Shown here piece by piece: positions 25,418 to 32,871 of a DNA stretch of 39,796 nucleotides. The notes under the pieces were generated by a model. The model had not been told where the DNA came from and searched no databases. It saw only the letters and a list, made by a program, of their open reading frames with translations. Numbering within the stretch: the stretch's first letter is position 1; every line of letters begins with the position of its first letter. The translations under genes were made by a program, and so were the position numbers. The DNA comes from a virus: IMG/VR virus record IMGVR_UViG_3300037539_000019; one strand, 5' to 3'.

Positions 25418-25633
25418 TTAGCCGCCGGCTTCGGGCGTCAGCTTGTGGCCGTTCTTCCGATCCTGACGACAGGCCGTAAACTTCAGATTGTTCGAACACA
25501 TGGGCAAGCCCAGGATAAACACCGCCCGCGCGCAGACCGAACAGCCCTTCGCGCGTATTTCCTGGGCCTCGACGATCCTGGCCGGGTCACCGTAGGCGTA
25601 ACCCGGCAGCGCCTGGCTTGGTTGCCTAGCCAT
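25418..25633 (-). CDS. Hypothetical Cys-containing small protein
   Basis: Track ORF trimmed to the ATG at 25633, which overlaps the upstream stop (ATGGCTAG). 71 aa with 4 Cys. Confidence 0.45.
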   Translation of the reverse strand: MARQPSQALPGYAYGDPARIVEAQEIRAKGCSVCARAVFILGLPMCSNNLKFTACRQDRKNGHKLTPEAGG

Positions 25634-26078
25634 CGGCCAGGCTCGACAGCGCGGCCAGGGCCAGCGGCGCACCGCCAGCAGACAAGCGAGCCAGCAGCAG
25701 CTCGGAAAGCGCCTCCAGCGGCTCGCGCACATGACGGAAACCCGCCATGCCATCCGTGACAATCGGGTCGCCGTGACGGATCACGACCAGCCCCGACGGC
25801 ATGCCGTAGACGTGCCAGACAGCGCCGCCACGACGGCGCACAAGCTCGGCCTCTTCTTCGGCCAGACAGTGAACCACCACCACCCCGCCCAGGGCGTTCG
25901 GGGCATCCTCCATGCCTTCCAGGGCGTCGGCCAGAATGCGCGCCCGGGTAGCCCCATATTCAGACTTGGGCGTCGCCTGGGCGAACGCCACAAGCTGCCC
26001 CTTGCCGGAGTCGACCAGGCGATCAGCAATCGCCACGCGTTCGGCGACAGTGCCGCCAGACAGTGCAATCAATAACAA
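25626..26078 (-). CDS. Hypothetical protein
   Basis: 150-aa ORF with high GC3. N terminus MLLIALSGG... is nucleotide-kinase-like but has no intact P-loop. Confidence 0.6.
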   Translation of the reverse strand: MLLIALSGGTVAERVAIADRLVDSGKGQLVAFAQATPKSEYGATRARILADALEGMEDAPNALGGVVVVHCLAEEEAELVRRRGGAVWHVYGMPSGLVVIRHGDPIVTDGMAGFRHVREPLEALSELLLARLSAGGAPLALAALSSLADG

Positions 26079-26100
26079 AGCATTCCCCTTGCGCCGGGCC

Positions 26101-26691
26101 TCACTGGCGGGCGCGCTCGATTTTGGTATTGCGCACAGTCTTCAAATGGTCATGCAGGGCGGCCGGTAACGGCGCCTCGCTTGCCTTAATCGCCAGCTCT
26201 ACGGCGGCTTCCGCTTCTTCAACAGTCACGTTCGTGGCACACCAGCGGCGGAATAGCTGCCGAGTGGCCGGGTCATGTGCCAGGTACGCCGGGCAATTCA
26301 GCTCAGCGATAAACCAATTGATCCACTGCTTATCCGTCGCGAACAGCACCGGCGCGCCCTCGACAATCGGCGCGGCGTCACTGGTGACCATGGCCGCCAG
26401 TTCGCCCAGCAGGGTCACGCGCAAGCGGCCGTCTTCGTTCGAACGATTCAGCACCCGGGCCAGCTCGCAATAAGCCAGGAACTCGGCGGCCGTTTCTTGG
26501 TTGCAGCCCACCGCGATCATGAAGTCACCCCAGGCGACTACCGCAGACGCGGGCGCGTCCGGCGTGCTCAGGTTTGCGACCAGCTCCACCAGCTTGACCA
26601 TGCGAGCAAAGCCCAGCAGGCCGAAGCGCTGTTCCAGCTTTCTCGAAATGACCAGCTCGGACAGACCAGCCGGAACCCTGAAACCACGCAT
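26101..26691 (-). CDS. Hypothetical early protein
   Basis: 196-aa ORF in the early-left operon. No family recognised. Confidence 0.6.
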   Translation of the reverse strand: MRGFRVPAGLSELVISRKLEQRFGLLGFARMVKLVELVANLSTPDAPASAVVAWGDFMIAVGCNQETAAEFLAYCELARVLNRSNEDGRLRVTLLGELAAMVTSDAAPIVEGAPVLFATDKQWINWFIAELNCPAYLAHDPATRQLFRRWCATNVTVEEAEAAVELAIKASEAPLPAALHDHLKTVRNTKIERARQ

Positions 26692-26707
26692 CGCAGACCC
26701 TCAATAA

Positions 26708-26971
26708 TCAGAACGGCAAACCGGCGATGCCGGGCAACTCAACAACAGGACGCGGCCAGCAACACACGCCACCTGTCGCCCTATGCGGGAACGGGTAGGC
26801 GTCACAGTGGCAAGTCGCCGAGCGCCAAGGCTTGGCATCTGCCCAGCGATCCAGCCGGCCGACCCGACTACAGGCCGGGCAGCGCGAGAACCCGGGGCGC
26901 CCCTTGAAGCGCTTGCCGCATTCCTTCGACGTGCAGCGACAGTGCTGGGGGCTAAGCCTTGAACTTCGCAC
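26708..26971 (-). CDS. Cys-rich (zinc-binding?) small protein
   Basis: 87 aa with a GTG start. Contains CRCTSKECGKRF...CPAC...CHCDAYPFPHRATGGVCCW. Confidence 0.5.
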   Translation of the reverse strand: MRSSRLSPQHCRCTSKECGKRFKGRPGFSRCPACSRVGRLDRWADAKPWRSATCHCDAYPFPHRATGGVCCWPRPVVELPGIAGLPF

Positions 26972-27188
26972 GCCCTTCCTCCAGCGCCCGCCAGAACGGG
27001 TTATAGATGCCGTTGAAATCGACGCGGCCGCCGCTCTTTTTCACGATGTTCAGCGCCGAACGAAACGACGGCATCCGCTCGAAACGGCGCCACGAATCCA
27101 CCGTCCGGCGCTTCTCCCCCAGCAGCTCGGCAGCGGCGGCGGGGCCGTCGCTGGTCGAAAGGCTGTCAATCCAGGGGTTCAGTTCCAC
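26952..27188 (-). CDS. Cro-like HTH regulator (start uncertain)
   Basis: Divergent from the CI-like gene. HTH-like AAELLGEKRRTVDSWRRFERMP. The first 27 codons of the track ORF (to 27269) are AT-rich and cover the operators, so the GTG at 27188 is preferred. Confidence 0.55.
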   Translation of the reverse strand: MELNPWIDSLSTSDGPAAAAELLGEKRRTVDSWRRFERMPSFRSALNIVKKSGGRVDFNGIYNPFWRALEEGRAKFKA

Positions 27189-27205
27189 AGTAAATCCGTT
27201 ATTAA

Positions 27206-27225
27206 CAGTATTCGTGTAAATACTG
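27206..27225. promoter_or_regulatory. Operator-like palindrome CAGTATT-cgtgta-AATACTG
   Basis: 7-bp perfect arms in the cI/cro divergent region. Confidence 0.5.
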
Positions 27226-27257
27226 GCCACGGCTTCACGTATTTGCAAGCTGTTTTT

Positions 27258-27282
27258 AGTGTTATTCACACTTTGCGTGTAT
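27258..27282. promoter_or_regulatory. Overlapping operator-like palindromes (AGTGTtattcACACT; TCACACTTTGCGTGTAT)
   Basis: Read directly. The 17-mer at 27266-27282 matches 13/17 with the 28030-28046 palindrome. Confidence 0.55.
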
Positions 27283-27327
27283 ATTCCTGACTAGGTAACT
27301 CCCCCATACACCCCTTCAGGAACCTCA

Positions 27328-27987
27328 ATGTCTGACATCCGCAAGAAGATCGGCGCGCGCCTGAAGTCGTGCCGCGCAGCGAAGGGCTGGACGTTCAACG
27401 AGACGGCGGCGCACCTGTCGGCGATCAGTGGGCAAAAGATCATCCCGTCGCGTTATGGCAACTGGGAACTAGCGATCAACACGCCGCCGCTCGAAATGCT
27501 GATCGCCCTGGGCGCGCTCTTCGGCAAGCCACCGGCCTACCTGGGCGCCATCAGCGACGACGACGGCACCGCACCCGAGGCCGGGCGCTTCACCGTGCCC
27601 GCCCTGTCCACTATCCCGACCGCCAGCGGCACCGCCGACCTGGGCGAAGACTTCTATGCACCGCGCATAACCTGGCTCGACGAAATCAAGCTCGACAAGG
27701 GCAAGATGCTGCTTATGAGCGCGCCCGACGACAGCATGGGCGGCGTGATCGAGCAAGGCGACCCGGTCATGCTCGACCTTAGCGTCACCAACGTGACGCG
27801 TGACGACATATTCGCCATCATGGTCGGCGACCGGCCTTGGTTGCGCTGGATCAAGCAACAGCTCGACGGCACCTATAGCATCCAGGCCGAAGCCCGCGAC
27901 CACTACCCCGACCAGGTCATGACCCCGGGCGAACTGGCCAAGCTGCGAATCCTCGGCCGCGTCAAGCTGATTACACACGTCCGCTAA
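27328..27987 (+). CDS. CI-like repressor (N-terminal HTH, C-terminal S24 LexA-type peptidase)
   Basis: 219 aa. HTH is WTFNETAAHLSAISGQKI. S24 features are DDSMGGVIEQGDPVMLD and a downstream Lys (RWIKQQ). Divergent from the Cro-like gene. Confidence 0.85.
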   Translation: MSDIRKKIGARLKSCRAAKGWTFNETAAHLSAISGQKIIPSRYGNWELAINTPPLEMLIALGALFGKPPAYLGAISDDDGTAPEAGRFTVPALSTIPTASGTADLGEDFYAPRITWLDEIKLDKGKMLLMSAPDDSMGGVIEQGDPVMLDLSVTNVTRDDIFAIMVGDRPWLRWIKQQLDGTYSIQAEARDHYPDQVMTPGELAKLRILGRVKLITHVR

Positions 27988-27995
27988 AAACTATA

Positions 27996-28018
27996 AGGCC
28001 CCATAAAGGGGCTTATCT
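27996..28018 (+). terminator. Weak terminator-like hairpin after the CI gene
   Basis: AGGCCCC-ATAAA-GGGGCTT followed by ATCT. Confidence 0.4.
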
Positions 28019-28029
28019 GCACACTCGAT

Positions 28030-28046
28030 TTACACTTTAAGTGTAA
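28030..28046. promoter_or_regulatory. Perfect 17-bp palindrome TTACACTT-T-AAGTGTAA (operator) in the promoter region of the plus-strand operon
   Basis: Read directly. It overlaps a TTTACA -35-like hexamer upstream of the gene at 28077. Confidence 0.6.
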
Positions 28047-28076
28047 TTAACATGAATACAAGGTAGTATCGCCCCC

Positions 28077-28358
28077 ATGACCACCGATTTGATCGCACAC
28101 TTCGACACGCTCGCCATCATCGCCACCAGCAGCGGCGCGCACCCGTTTACCGAAGACGTGCAGCAAGCCCTGTGCATCAAGCTGAACCGCAAGGCCGGCG
28201 GCGCCAACGGCATCGCCCACATGATCATGCACGCCATCAATTCAGGCGATACCGACGTGCTCGACCAGGCGGCGGCGGTCGCCTTCGAACTGGCCGAAGA
28301 ACTCCAGAAGCTGGCGAACATCGCCGGCCAGCTCAAAGCCGCCGGCCAGGCGGCCTAA
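28077..28358 (+). CDS. Hypothetical protein
   Basis: 93-aa ORF, first gene after the operator-bearing promoter. Confidence 0.6.
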   Translation: MTTDLIAHFDTLAIIATSSGAHPFTEDVQQALCIKLNRKAGGANGIAHMIMHAINSGDTDVLDQAAAVAFELAEELQKLANIAGQLKAAGQAA

Positions 28359-28384
28359 CTCAACACCGACCAAGGAAGACAGAC

Positions 28385-28837
28385 ATGCAGGCAGAAATGG
28401 AAATCCAGGGCGAAGACGTTGTCGGCGTCCCAGGCCAAGCGCTCACCTGGCGCGAATTGCGTGTCTTAGTCGGCCTCGCCGATGGCGAGAACCCCAACAC
28501 CATCGCGGCCGCAATCAACGCCGATAAGGTCGCGGTGCGCTACATAGAAGCCAGCATCAAGGCCAAGCTCGGCGCCAAGACTCACCCCCACATGATCGCC
28601 CGAGGCTTTACCCTCGGCGTCTTGTTTCCGCGCGCCCTATGCGTGCTGCTTGCCCTGGCATGCGTCGCCGAAAGCGACTTCGACGCCGTGCGCAACCGCA
28701 CCCCCAGCCGCTCGCGCGCCCCTTCCAGCCTGACCCGACTGACCCGTGCCGGCGCCGGCAGCAGTCGCGGCGGCCACCGCAGCACCTCCAGCAGCACCGC
28801 CATCGCCGCGCGCGGCGGCTTGGTCATCTTTAGCTAA
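28385..28837 (+). CDS. LuxR/GerE-type HTH protein with a hydrophobic segment and a Ser/Arg-rich tail
   Basis: Track ORF trimmed to the ATG at 28385. LTWRELRVLVGLADGENPNTIAAAINADKVAVRYIEASIKAKLG fits the GerE HTH. This is followed by ALCVLLALACVA and an S/R-rich tail. High GC3 throughout. Confidence 0.6.
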   Translation: MQAEMEIQGEDVVGVPGQALTWRELRVLVGLADGENPNTIAAAINADKVAVRYIEASIKAKLGAKTHPHMIARGFTLGVLFPRALCVLLALACVAESDFDAVRNRTPSRSRAPSSLTRLTRAGAGSSRGGHRSTSSSTAIAARGGLVIFS

Positions 28838-28861
28838 TTCGCTAATTCAATAATTCGCTTG
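28830..28861 (+). repeat. 8-bp-periodic box array A5 (TTAGCTAA TTCGCTAA TTCAATAA TTCGCTTG), upstream half of the parA operator
   Basis: Four phased units. The last one overlaps the -35 of the parA promoter. Confidence 0.85.
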
Positions 28862-28886
28862 CACTGCGCGCCCGCGCGCTTATACT
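28859..28886 (+). promoter_or_regulatory. parA promoter (TTGCAC - 16 nt - TATACT)
   Basis: Sigma70-like hexamers read directly. Sandwiched between arrays A5 and A6. Confidence 0.55.
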
Positions 28887-28896
28887 CTGCGCACAG

Positions 28897-28920
28897 TTAG
28901 CTAATTCGCTAATTCTCGCA
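28897..28920 (+). repeat. 8-bp-periodic box array A6 (TTAGCTAA TTCGCTAA TTCTCGCA), downstream half of the parA operator
   Basis: Three phased units between the -10 and the AAGGAG ribosome-binding site of parA. Confidence 0.85.
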
Positions 28921-28934
28921 AAGGAGTTAAGCCC

Positions 28935-29573
28935 ATGGGTTACAAGATCGGTTTCGGCTCGCAGAAGGGCGGCGTCTGGAAATCCACCCTCGCCCGCGCA
29001 CTCGGCACGGCGTTCGCCGCCAATGACTGGTCGGTGAAAATCGCCGACCTCGATACCAAGCAAGGCACCTGCACCGCCTGGCAACAGCGCCGACTGCGCA
29101 ACGGCATCACGCCAGACGTGCCCGTCCAGATGTTCGGCAACGTGGCCACCGCCATCAGCAAGGCCGGCGACGCTGACCTGTTGATCTTCGACGGCGCCCC
29201 GCACGCCAGCACCGAGACGGTGGAAATCGCCAAGGCATGCGACTTGATGATCCTGCCGACCGGCCTGTCGGTCGACGACCTAGAACCGACCGTCACCCTG
29301 GCCAACACCCTGGCCGACAAACACGGCATCGAGTCGCGCCGCATCGTCTTCGCCCTGTGCAAAGCCACCAGCACCGCCGAGGTGCAGGCCGCGCGCGAGT
29401 ACCTGGGCAAAACCCGCTTTGCCACCCTCGACGGCTCCATCCAGCACAAGCCCGCCTATAGCCGCGCGCTGGACGCCGGCCAATCGCTGATCGAAACGCC
29501 GTACAAGTCGCCGCGCGAACAGGCCATGCAGGTCGTACAGTCGGCCATCGCCAAATTCGAAGAACTGATTTAA
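28935..29573 (+). CDS. parA: ParA/ParF-type partition ATPase (type Ib, small ParA)
   Basis: 212 aa. Deviant Walker A region GSQKGGVWKST. Overall resemblance to ParF-like ATPases. AAGGAG lies 8 nt upstream. Confidence 0.85.
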   Translation: MGYKIGFGSQKGGVWKSTLARALGTAFAANDWSVKIADLDTKQGTCTAWQQRRLRNGITPDVPVQMFGNVATAISKAGDADLLIFDGAPHASTETVEIAKACDLMILPTGLSVDDLEPTVTLANTLADKHGIESRRIVFALCKATSTAEVQAAREYLGKTRFATLDGSIQHKPAYSRALDAGQSLIETPYKSPREQAMQVVQSAIAKFEELI

Positions 29574-29576
29574 AAG

Positions 29577-29616
29577 ATTAGCGATTTAGCTAAATCGCTA
29601 TTATGCTAATGCACGA
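29577..29616 (+). repeat. 8-bp-periodic box array A7, including the 22-bp perfect palindrome TAGCGATTTAGCTAAATCGCTA
   Basis: ATTAGCGA TTTAGCTA AATCGCTA TTATGCTA ATGCACGA. It fills the parA-parG spacer. The palindrome is at 29579-29600. Confidence 0.85.
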
Positions 29617-29637
29617 ATTCACCGCAGGAATACCCGC

Positions 29638-29916
29638 ATGACCACCAAGACCAGCACCGCCCCGCAGATCAAGACCCCGAAGCCGCCGCGCGGCAAGGGC
29701 GAGCCGCCGAAGTCTGCCGCCGACACGCCAGCCGTGGGCAACAACACCAGCACCGGCAGCGACAGCAAGCTGGTCGACCTGGGCTTCAAGGTGTCGCCAG
29801 AGTTTCGCAAGAATTTCCGGCTCTTCTGCGCCACCCACGAAATTGCCCAGGTGGATGCACTCAAGGAAGCGCTTGCGGACTACATGAGCAAAAAAGGCTG
29901 GGAACCCAGCAACTAA
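29638..29916 (+). CDS. Small centromere-binding protein, ParG-like (disordered basic N tail plus a C-terminal RHH-like fold)
   Basis: 92 aa. Pro/Lys-rich N tail, then KLVDLGFKVSPEFRKNFRLFCATHEIAQVDALKEALADYM (beta-alpha-alpha pattern). Position immediately after a small ParA. Confidence 0.6.
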   Translation: MTTKTSTAPQIKTPKPPRGKGEPPKSAADTPAVGNNTSTGSDSKLVDLGFKVSPEFRKNFRLFCATHEIAQVDALKEALADYMSKKGWEPSN

Positions 29917-29992
29917 GAAAGGATCGAGCGCCGAGGTCTTCGACCACCTCGGCGCCCGGTAACACACGCCCACCCCGCAAAAGGTAAGCACT

Positions 29993-30133
29993 ATGTCAGC
30001 GCACGATTATAGCGCCGTTTGGCGCACCCCGTTAGCAGCAATTGCCCAGGTTCCGGCCTGGCACCTGGCCGAGTTTCTGGCCACCTGCACCCCGCGCACG
30101 CGCGCGGCCATTCTTGCCCGGCTGGGCGCGTAG
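29993..30133 (+). CDS. Possible 46-aa ORF
   Basis: ATG preceded by AAGG. Moderate GC3. Below the cutoff of the ORF track. Confidence 0.3.
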   Translation: MSAHDYSAVWRTPLAAIAQVPAWHLAEFLATCTPRTRAAILARLGA

Positions 30134-30144
30134 GAGATAGCACC

Positions 30145-30342
30145 ATGGCTAAAAACGCCTTCGGCCTCGACGACCGTTATTTCAGCGAGAAGCTGGGCCA
30201 GATCGCCCGCGACGCCCATTGCTTCACCCCGGCCGAAATGACCCGCGCACTTGAAAGCCTGGCCGACGTGGCGCGCTTCCAGGCCAGCGCCGCCGCTAAC
30301 CAGCAAGCCACGACCCACCAGCACAGCGAGGCCCGCGCATGA
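30145..30342 (+). CDS. Hypothetical small protein
   Basis: Track ORF 30019..30342 trimmed to the ATG at 30145, which has GGAG upstream. 65 aa. Confidence 0.5.
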   Translation: MAKNAFGLDDRYFSEKLGQIARDAHCFTPAEMTRALESLADVARFQASAAANQQATTHQHSEARA

Positions 30343-30578
30343 CCACCCCCGTCTATTTCACTGTCACCACCCACCACTGTCAGCCCGTAAGCCGGCCCGC
30401 TGAAGGACTGGCCGAACTCACCGAGGCGGAAACCTGGGCATTCGCCCAACTGCTCAAGCGCCTGTCATGGGCCGAACTGCGCGCCTGTGCCGTGGATGAC
30501 GCCGAGACATACGACGCGCGCGACGCGGTGGCCAAGCTGCAACGCGCGTTCGCCGAAGCCGGAATCGCCCCGCGCTGA
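30339..30578 (+). CDS. Hypothetical small protein
   Basis: 79 aa. ATGA overlap with the preceding gene. Confidence 0.55.
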   Translation: MTTPVYFTVTTHHCQPVSRPAEGLAELTEAETWAFAQLLKRLSWAELRACAVDDAETYDARDAVAKLQRAFAEAGIAPR

Positions 30579-30597
30579 TCCCGCCCAGGAACGAACA

Positions 30598-30625
30598 AGC
30601 CCCGCCAAGTGCGGGGCTTTTTATT
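30598..30625 (+). terminator. Intrinsic terminator closing the plus-strand operon (convergent junction)
   Basis: AGCCCCGC-CAAGT-GCGGGGCT followed by TTTTATT. Confidence 0.75.
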
Positions 30626-30638
30626 GCGTCGTGACGCG

Positions 30639-30875
30639 TCACAGCTCAACGATAAACGACCGCACACCCAGGCCAGCGGCGAAGCGCTCCACGGCCGTCA
30701 GGCTTGCCCATACGCGCAGCGGCTCGCGCCTCGACCTCACCGGCAGCCAGTGCGCCCCCAGGCGAACGCTAAACGTCCAGCCCTGGCCACCCGGCCCGCG
30801 CCTGGCCAGGAACTCGCGCGCGGCGCCGCTGACGATCAGCGCTTGCAAGGCTTCCTCGGTATAAGCCTGCCTCAT
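30639..30875 (-). CDS. Hypothetical small protein
   Basis: 78 aa, last gene of the long minus-strand early operon. Confidence 0.55.
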   Translation of the reverse strand: MRQAYTEEALQALIVSGAAREFLARRGPGGQGWTFSVRLGAHWLPVRSRREPLRVWASLTAVERFAAGLGVRSFIVEL

Positions 30876-31195
30876 GCCCGCGCCGCCTGCTGCGCCAGGG
30901 TCGCCGCCTGCCGCTCGATCAGCTCGGCCGCGTCCAGCAACGGGAAGCGCTCAGGCCCGCACAGAAAGGCCGCGCGCTTGCGCAGGAACGCCGGCAGGGC
31001 CTCGGCCGGCGGCAATGGCTCAGCATTCCAGGCAGCGACCAGGGCGGCCAAGTCAGCGGGTGACGGATCACGCCGAACCGACATTCGATAGCGGCAGGCG
31101 CTGCACTCGATCCAATGGAAGCCCTCGTCTTGCAGCAGGCTCGCCGAGCCATCGCAGAAGGGGCGCGGGCACGGCTTCAGTTCGGGCACCATCAT
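30872..31195 (-). CDS. Lar-family restriction-alleviation-like protein
   Basis: 107 aa. LKPCPRPFCDG...ECSACRYRM...AAWNAE matches the remembered Lar pattern (LKPCPFCG...C..C...WN). Confidence 0.55.
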   Translation of the reverse strand: MMVPELKPCPRPFCDGSASLLQDEGFHWIECSACRYRMSVRRDPSPADLAALVAAWNAEPLPPAEALPAFLRKRAAFLCGPERFPLLDAAELIERQAATLAQQAARA

Positions 31196-31350
31196 CGCCG
31201 CGCCCCCTTGGCGCGCTGTTGCGTGCCGTCCTGGCGAACTAGCCGATAGTCATTGCCACGAGCCAGCCGGGCGACGTGGCGGCCGTGGTACTCCAGGGCG
31301 AAGCCGTCACGCTGTAGCGCGGCGATAGCCGCTTGCTGTGCCGTCGTCAT
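31192..31350 (-). CDS. Possible 52-aa ORF
   Basis: ATGA overlaps at both ends. MTTAQQAAIAALQRDGFALEYHGRHVARLARGNDYRLVRQDGTQQRAKGARR. Below the track cutoff. Confidence 0.4.
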   Translation of the reverse strand: MTTAQQAAIAALQRDGFALEYHGRHVARLARGNDYRLVRQDGTQQRAKGARR

Positions 31351-31652
31351 GCTCTTGGCCTCTTCGGTGGGCGCTTGTAGGGGGTCACGTTCTCCAGCAC
31401 CTGACGGACGCCGCCCGCGTCACGAAAGGCCGCGAACGCCTCGGCATGGGCGGCGCAGTAATGCAGCTCCGGCCCGTGTTCCTGGGCGTGGTACTCGCAC
31501 AGGGCGCGGTCGCAGGTCTGCCCCTCGCCCACCGGGTAATCGCACAGGTAGCCGCCCACGTCGCCGCATTCGGCGCAGTGGGGGCCGAGGTCGCCGCAGA
31601 TATGCCCGCGCGGCGCCCGGTTCGCGTCATAGAGCGTATAGCAGGCCATCAC
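31347..31652 (-). CDS. Cys/His-rich small protein
   Basis: 101 aa with multiple CxxC/CxxH motifs. ATGA-coupled. Confidence 0.55.
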   Translation of the reverse strand: MMACYTLYDANRAPRGHICGDLGPHCAECGDVGGYLCDYPVGEGQTCDRALCEYHAQEHGPELHYCAAHAEAFAAFRDAGGVRQVLENVTPYKRPPKRPRA

Positions 31653-31891
31653 GGATCACCCGGCAGTTCGCGCAACAGGTCGGCCAGGTCGCGCCACGGG
31701 TTACGGGCGAAGTCGGAACGCGCCGCGCAGCCGTCAGCATGCACGAACAATTCGCCGGCCTTGCTCGCCAGGTGGCCACGGCCGCAGGTGCGGCAGCGGA
31801 TCAGGTCGCCGTCGACCTCCCACTGGCGGGCGTGCTCGATCAAGCCACCGTCGAGCCGGCGGCGGGCTTCGTTACGGTCACGGGCGGTCAT
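31649..31891 (-). CDS. Hypothetical small protein
   Basis: Track ORF trimmed to the ATG at 31891 (ATGA overlap). 80 aa, contains CRTCGRGH...C. Confidence 0.5.
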   Translation of the reverse strand: MTARDRNEARRRLDGGLIEHARQWEVDGDLIRCRTCGRGHLASKAGELFVHADGCAARSDFARNPWRDLADLLRELPGDP

Positions 31892-32142
31892 GCCGGCACC
31901 GCCAGCAGCGAAGCCCAGGCGCTGGAATTGACCACCCAAACGCCGCGATGGCCGGGGCCAATCAGCACGCGGGCGGCGTCCAGGGCATCGAGCAACACGG
32001 CGGCGCGCCGGCGGCCGATGTTGAAGCGCCGGGCCAGGCCGACCGGGCCGACGCGGTGGCGGGCAGCGGCAAAGCGCGCGGCCGCCGCATACAGCGGATC
32101 AGCGGCGCCGGGTGGCGGGGCGTAGAACGCGACGGGCATCAT
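31888..32142 (-). CDS. FtsK-gamma-domain-like winged-helix protein
   Basis: 84 aa. DPLYAAAARFAAARHRVGPVGLARRFNIGRRRAAVLLDALDAARVLIGPG resembles the FtsK gamma domain (LY..A...V......S.S.LQR...IGYNRAARL.D.ME..G.V). Confidence 0.5.
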   Translation of the reverse strand: MMPVAFYAPPPGAADPLYAAAARFAAARHRVGPVGLARRFNIGRRRAAVLLDALDAARVLIGPGHRGVWVVNSSAWASLLAVPA

Positions 32143-32438
32143 TGGGCCACCTCGACCAGATCGCTCAACACCTCACAGCGCGCAGCCGCGCGGGCGCGGA
32201 TATGCTCGCGCAGCTCGTCGTGCTGGTCGTCTGACAGCTCGCCATAGATATAAGCGGCCAGGGTCAGCGCATCGGCGCGCCACTCCAGCCGGGCGACGGA
32301 CTCGCCCCAGGCGGCCGACTCTATCAAGCCGAGCGTGTGCTTGATCTGTACGCCGACTTGCAGACCGTCCACCACGGTGGCCAGTGCCTCGGGTAGCTGC
32401 TGGCGACCTTGCGCGGTCGTCGATGGTGATTCGTTCAT
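32139..32438 (-). CDS. Hypothetical small protein
   Basis: 99 aa. ATGA-coupled. Confidence 0.55.
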   Translation of the reverse strand: MNESPSTTAQGRQQLPEALATVVDGLQVGVQIKHTLGLIESAAWGESVARLEWRADALTLAAYIYGELSDDQHDELREHIRARAAARCEVLSDLVEVAQ

Positions 32439-32526
32439 AGGTTCTCCAGGGTGTCGGGGTCTGCGTCAAACCAGCAGGCGGGGTAATGGTATGCCACTTG
32501 CCGGGGGTCTGGTAGCCGCCGAGCAT

Positions 32527-32549
32527 GAAAAAGCCGACCAGGGGTCGGC
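32527..32549 (-). terminator. Intrinsic terminator-like hairpin inside the early operon
   Basis: Minus strand reads GCCGACC-CCT-GGTCGGC followed by TTTTTC. Confidence 0.55.
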
Positions 32550-32594
32550 GTGTTGTGGGGGGCGATTTAACAATCTCTCCGTTATGCGTAGCGC

Positions 32595-32786
32595 TCAGCC
32601 CTCGGCGCGGTAACGCTCTTTCAGATACTCGGCCGTCGCTTCCGGGCCGCCGTGGCGCTTTACAAACGCATCCAGCGGCTCGGCGTCGCCGCAGTCGGTC
32701 AGCCGGAACGGGCAGCGAATTTCTACGGCACCGCTGTCATGGCGGGCGGTGATGAAGTTGGCGCCACTCTCAAACTCGATTTTCAT
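32595..32786 (-). CDS. Hypothetical small protein
   Basis: 63-aa ORF with high GC3. Confidence 0.5.
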   Translation of the reverse strand: MKIEFESGANFITARHDSGAVEIRCPFRLTDCGDAEPLDAFVKRHGGPEATAEYLKERYRAEG

Positions 32787-32871
32787 GGGGTCGGTTCCTA
32801 CCGGCTGCGCCGGGCTTGGTTGTGGGTGCCCCTCGGTCTGTCGGGGGCGGGTTCCTTTCAGGTCGTGACGG

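Noticed and set aside
27189-27269. First 27 codons of the Cro-like track ORF.
   Set aside because: They are AT-rich with poor GC3 and coincide with the operator palindromes. They are more likely regulatory DNA, although the true start remains uncertain.
28172-28384. N-terminal extension of the LuxR-like ORF overlapping the 93-aa gene.
   Set aside because: It is out of frame with the well-behaved 28077..28358 gene and the sequence is Arg-rich. The ATG at 28385 follows that gene's stop.
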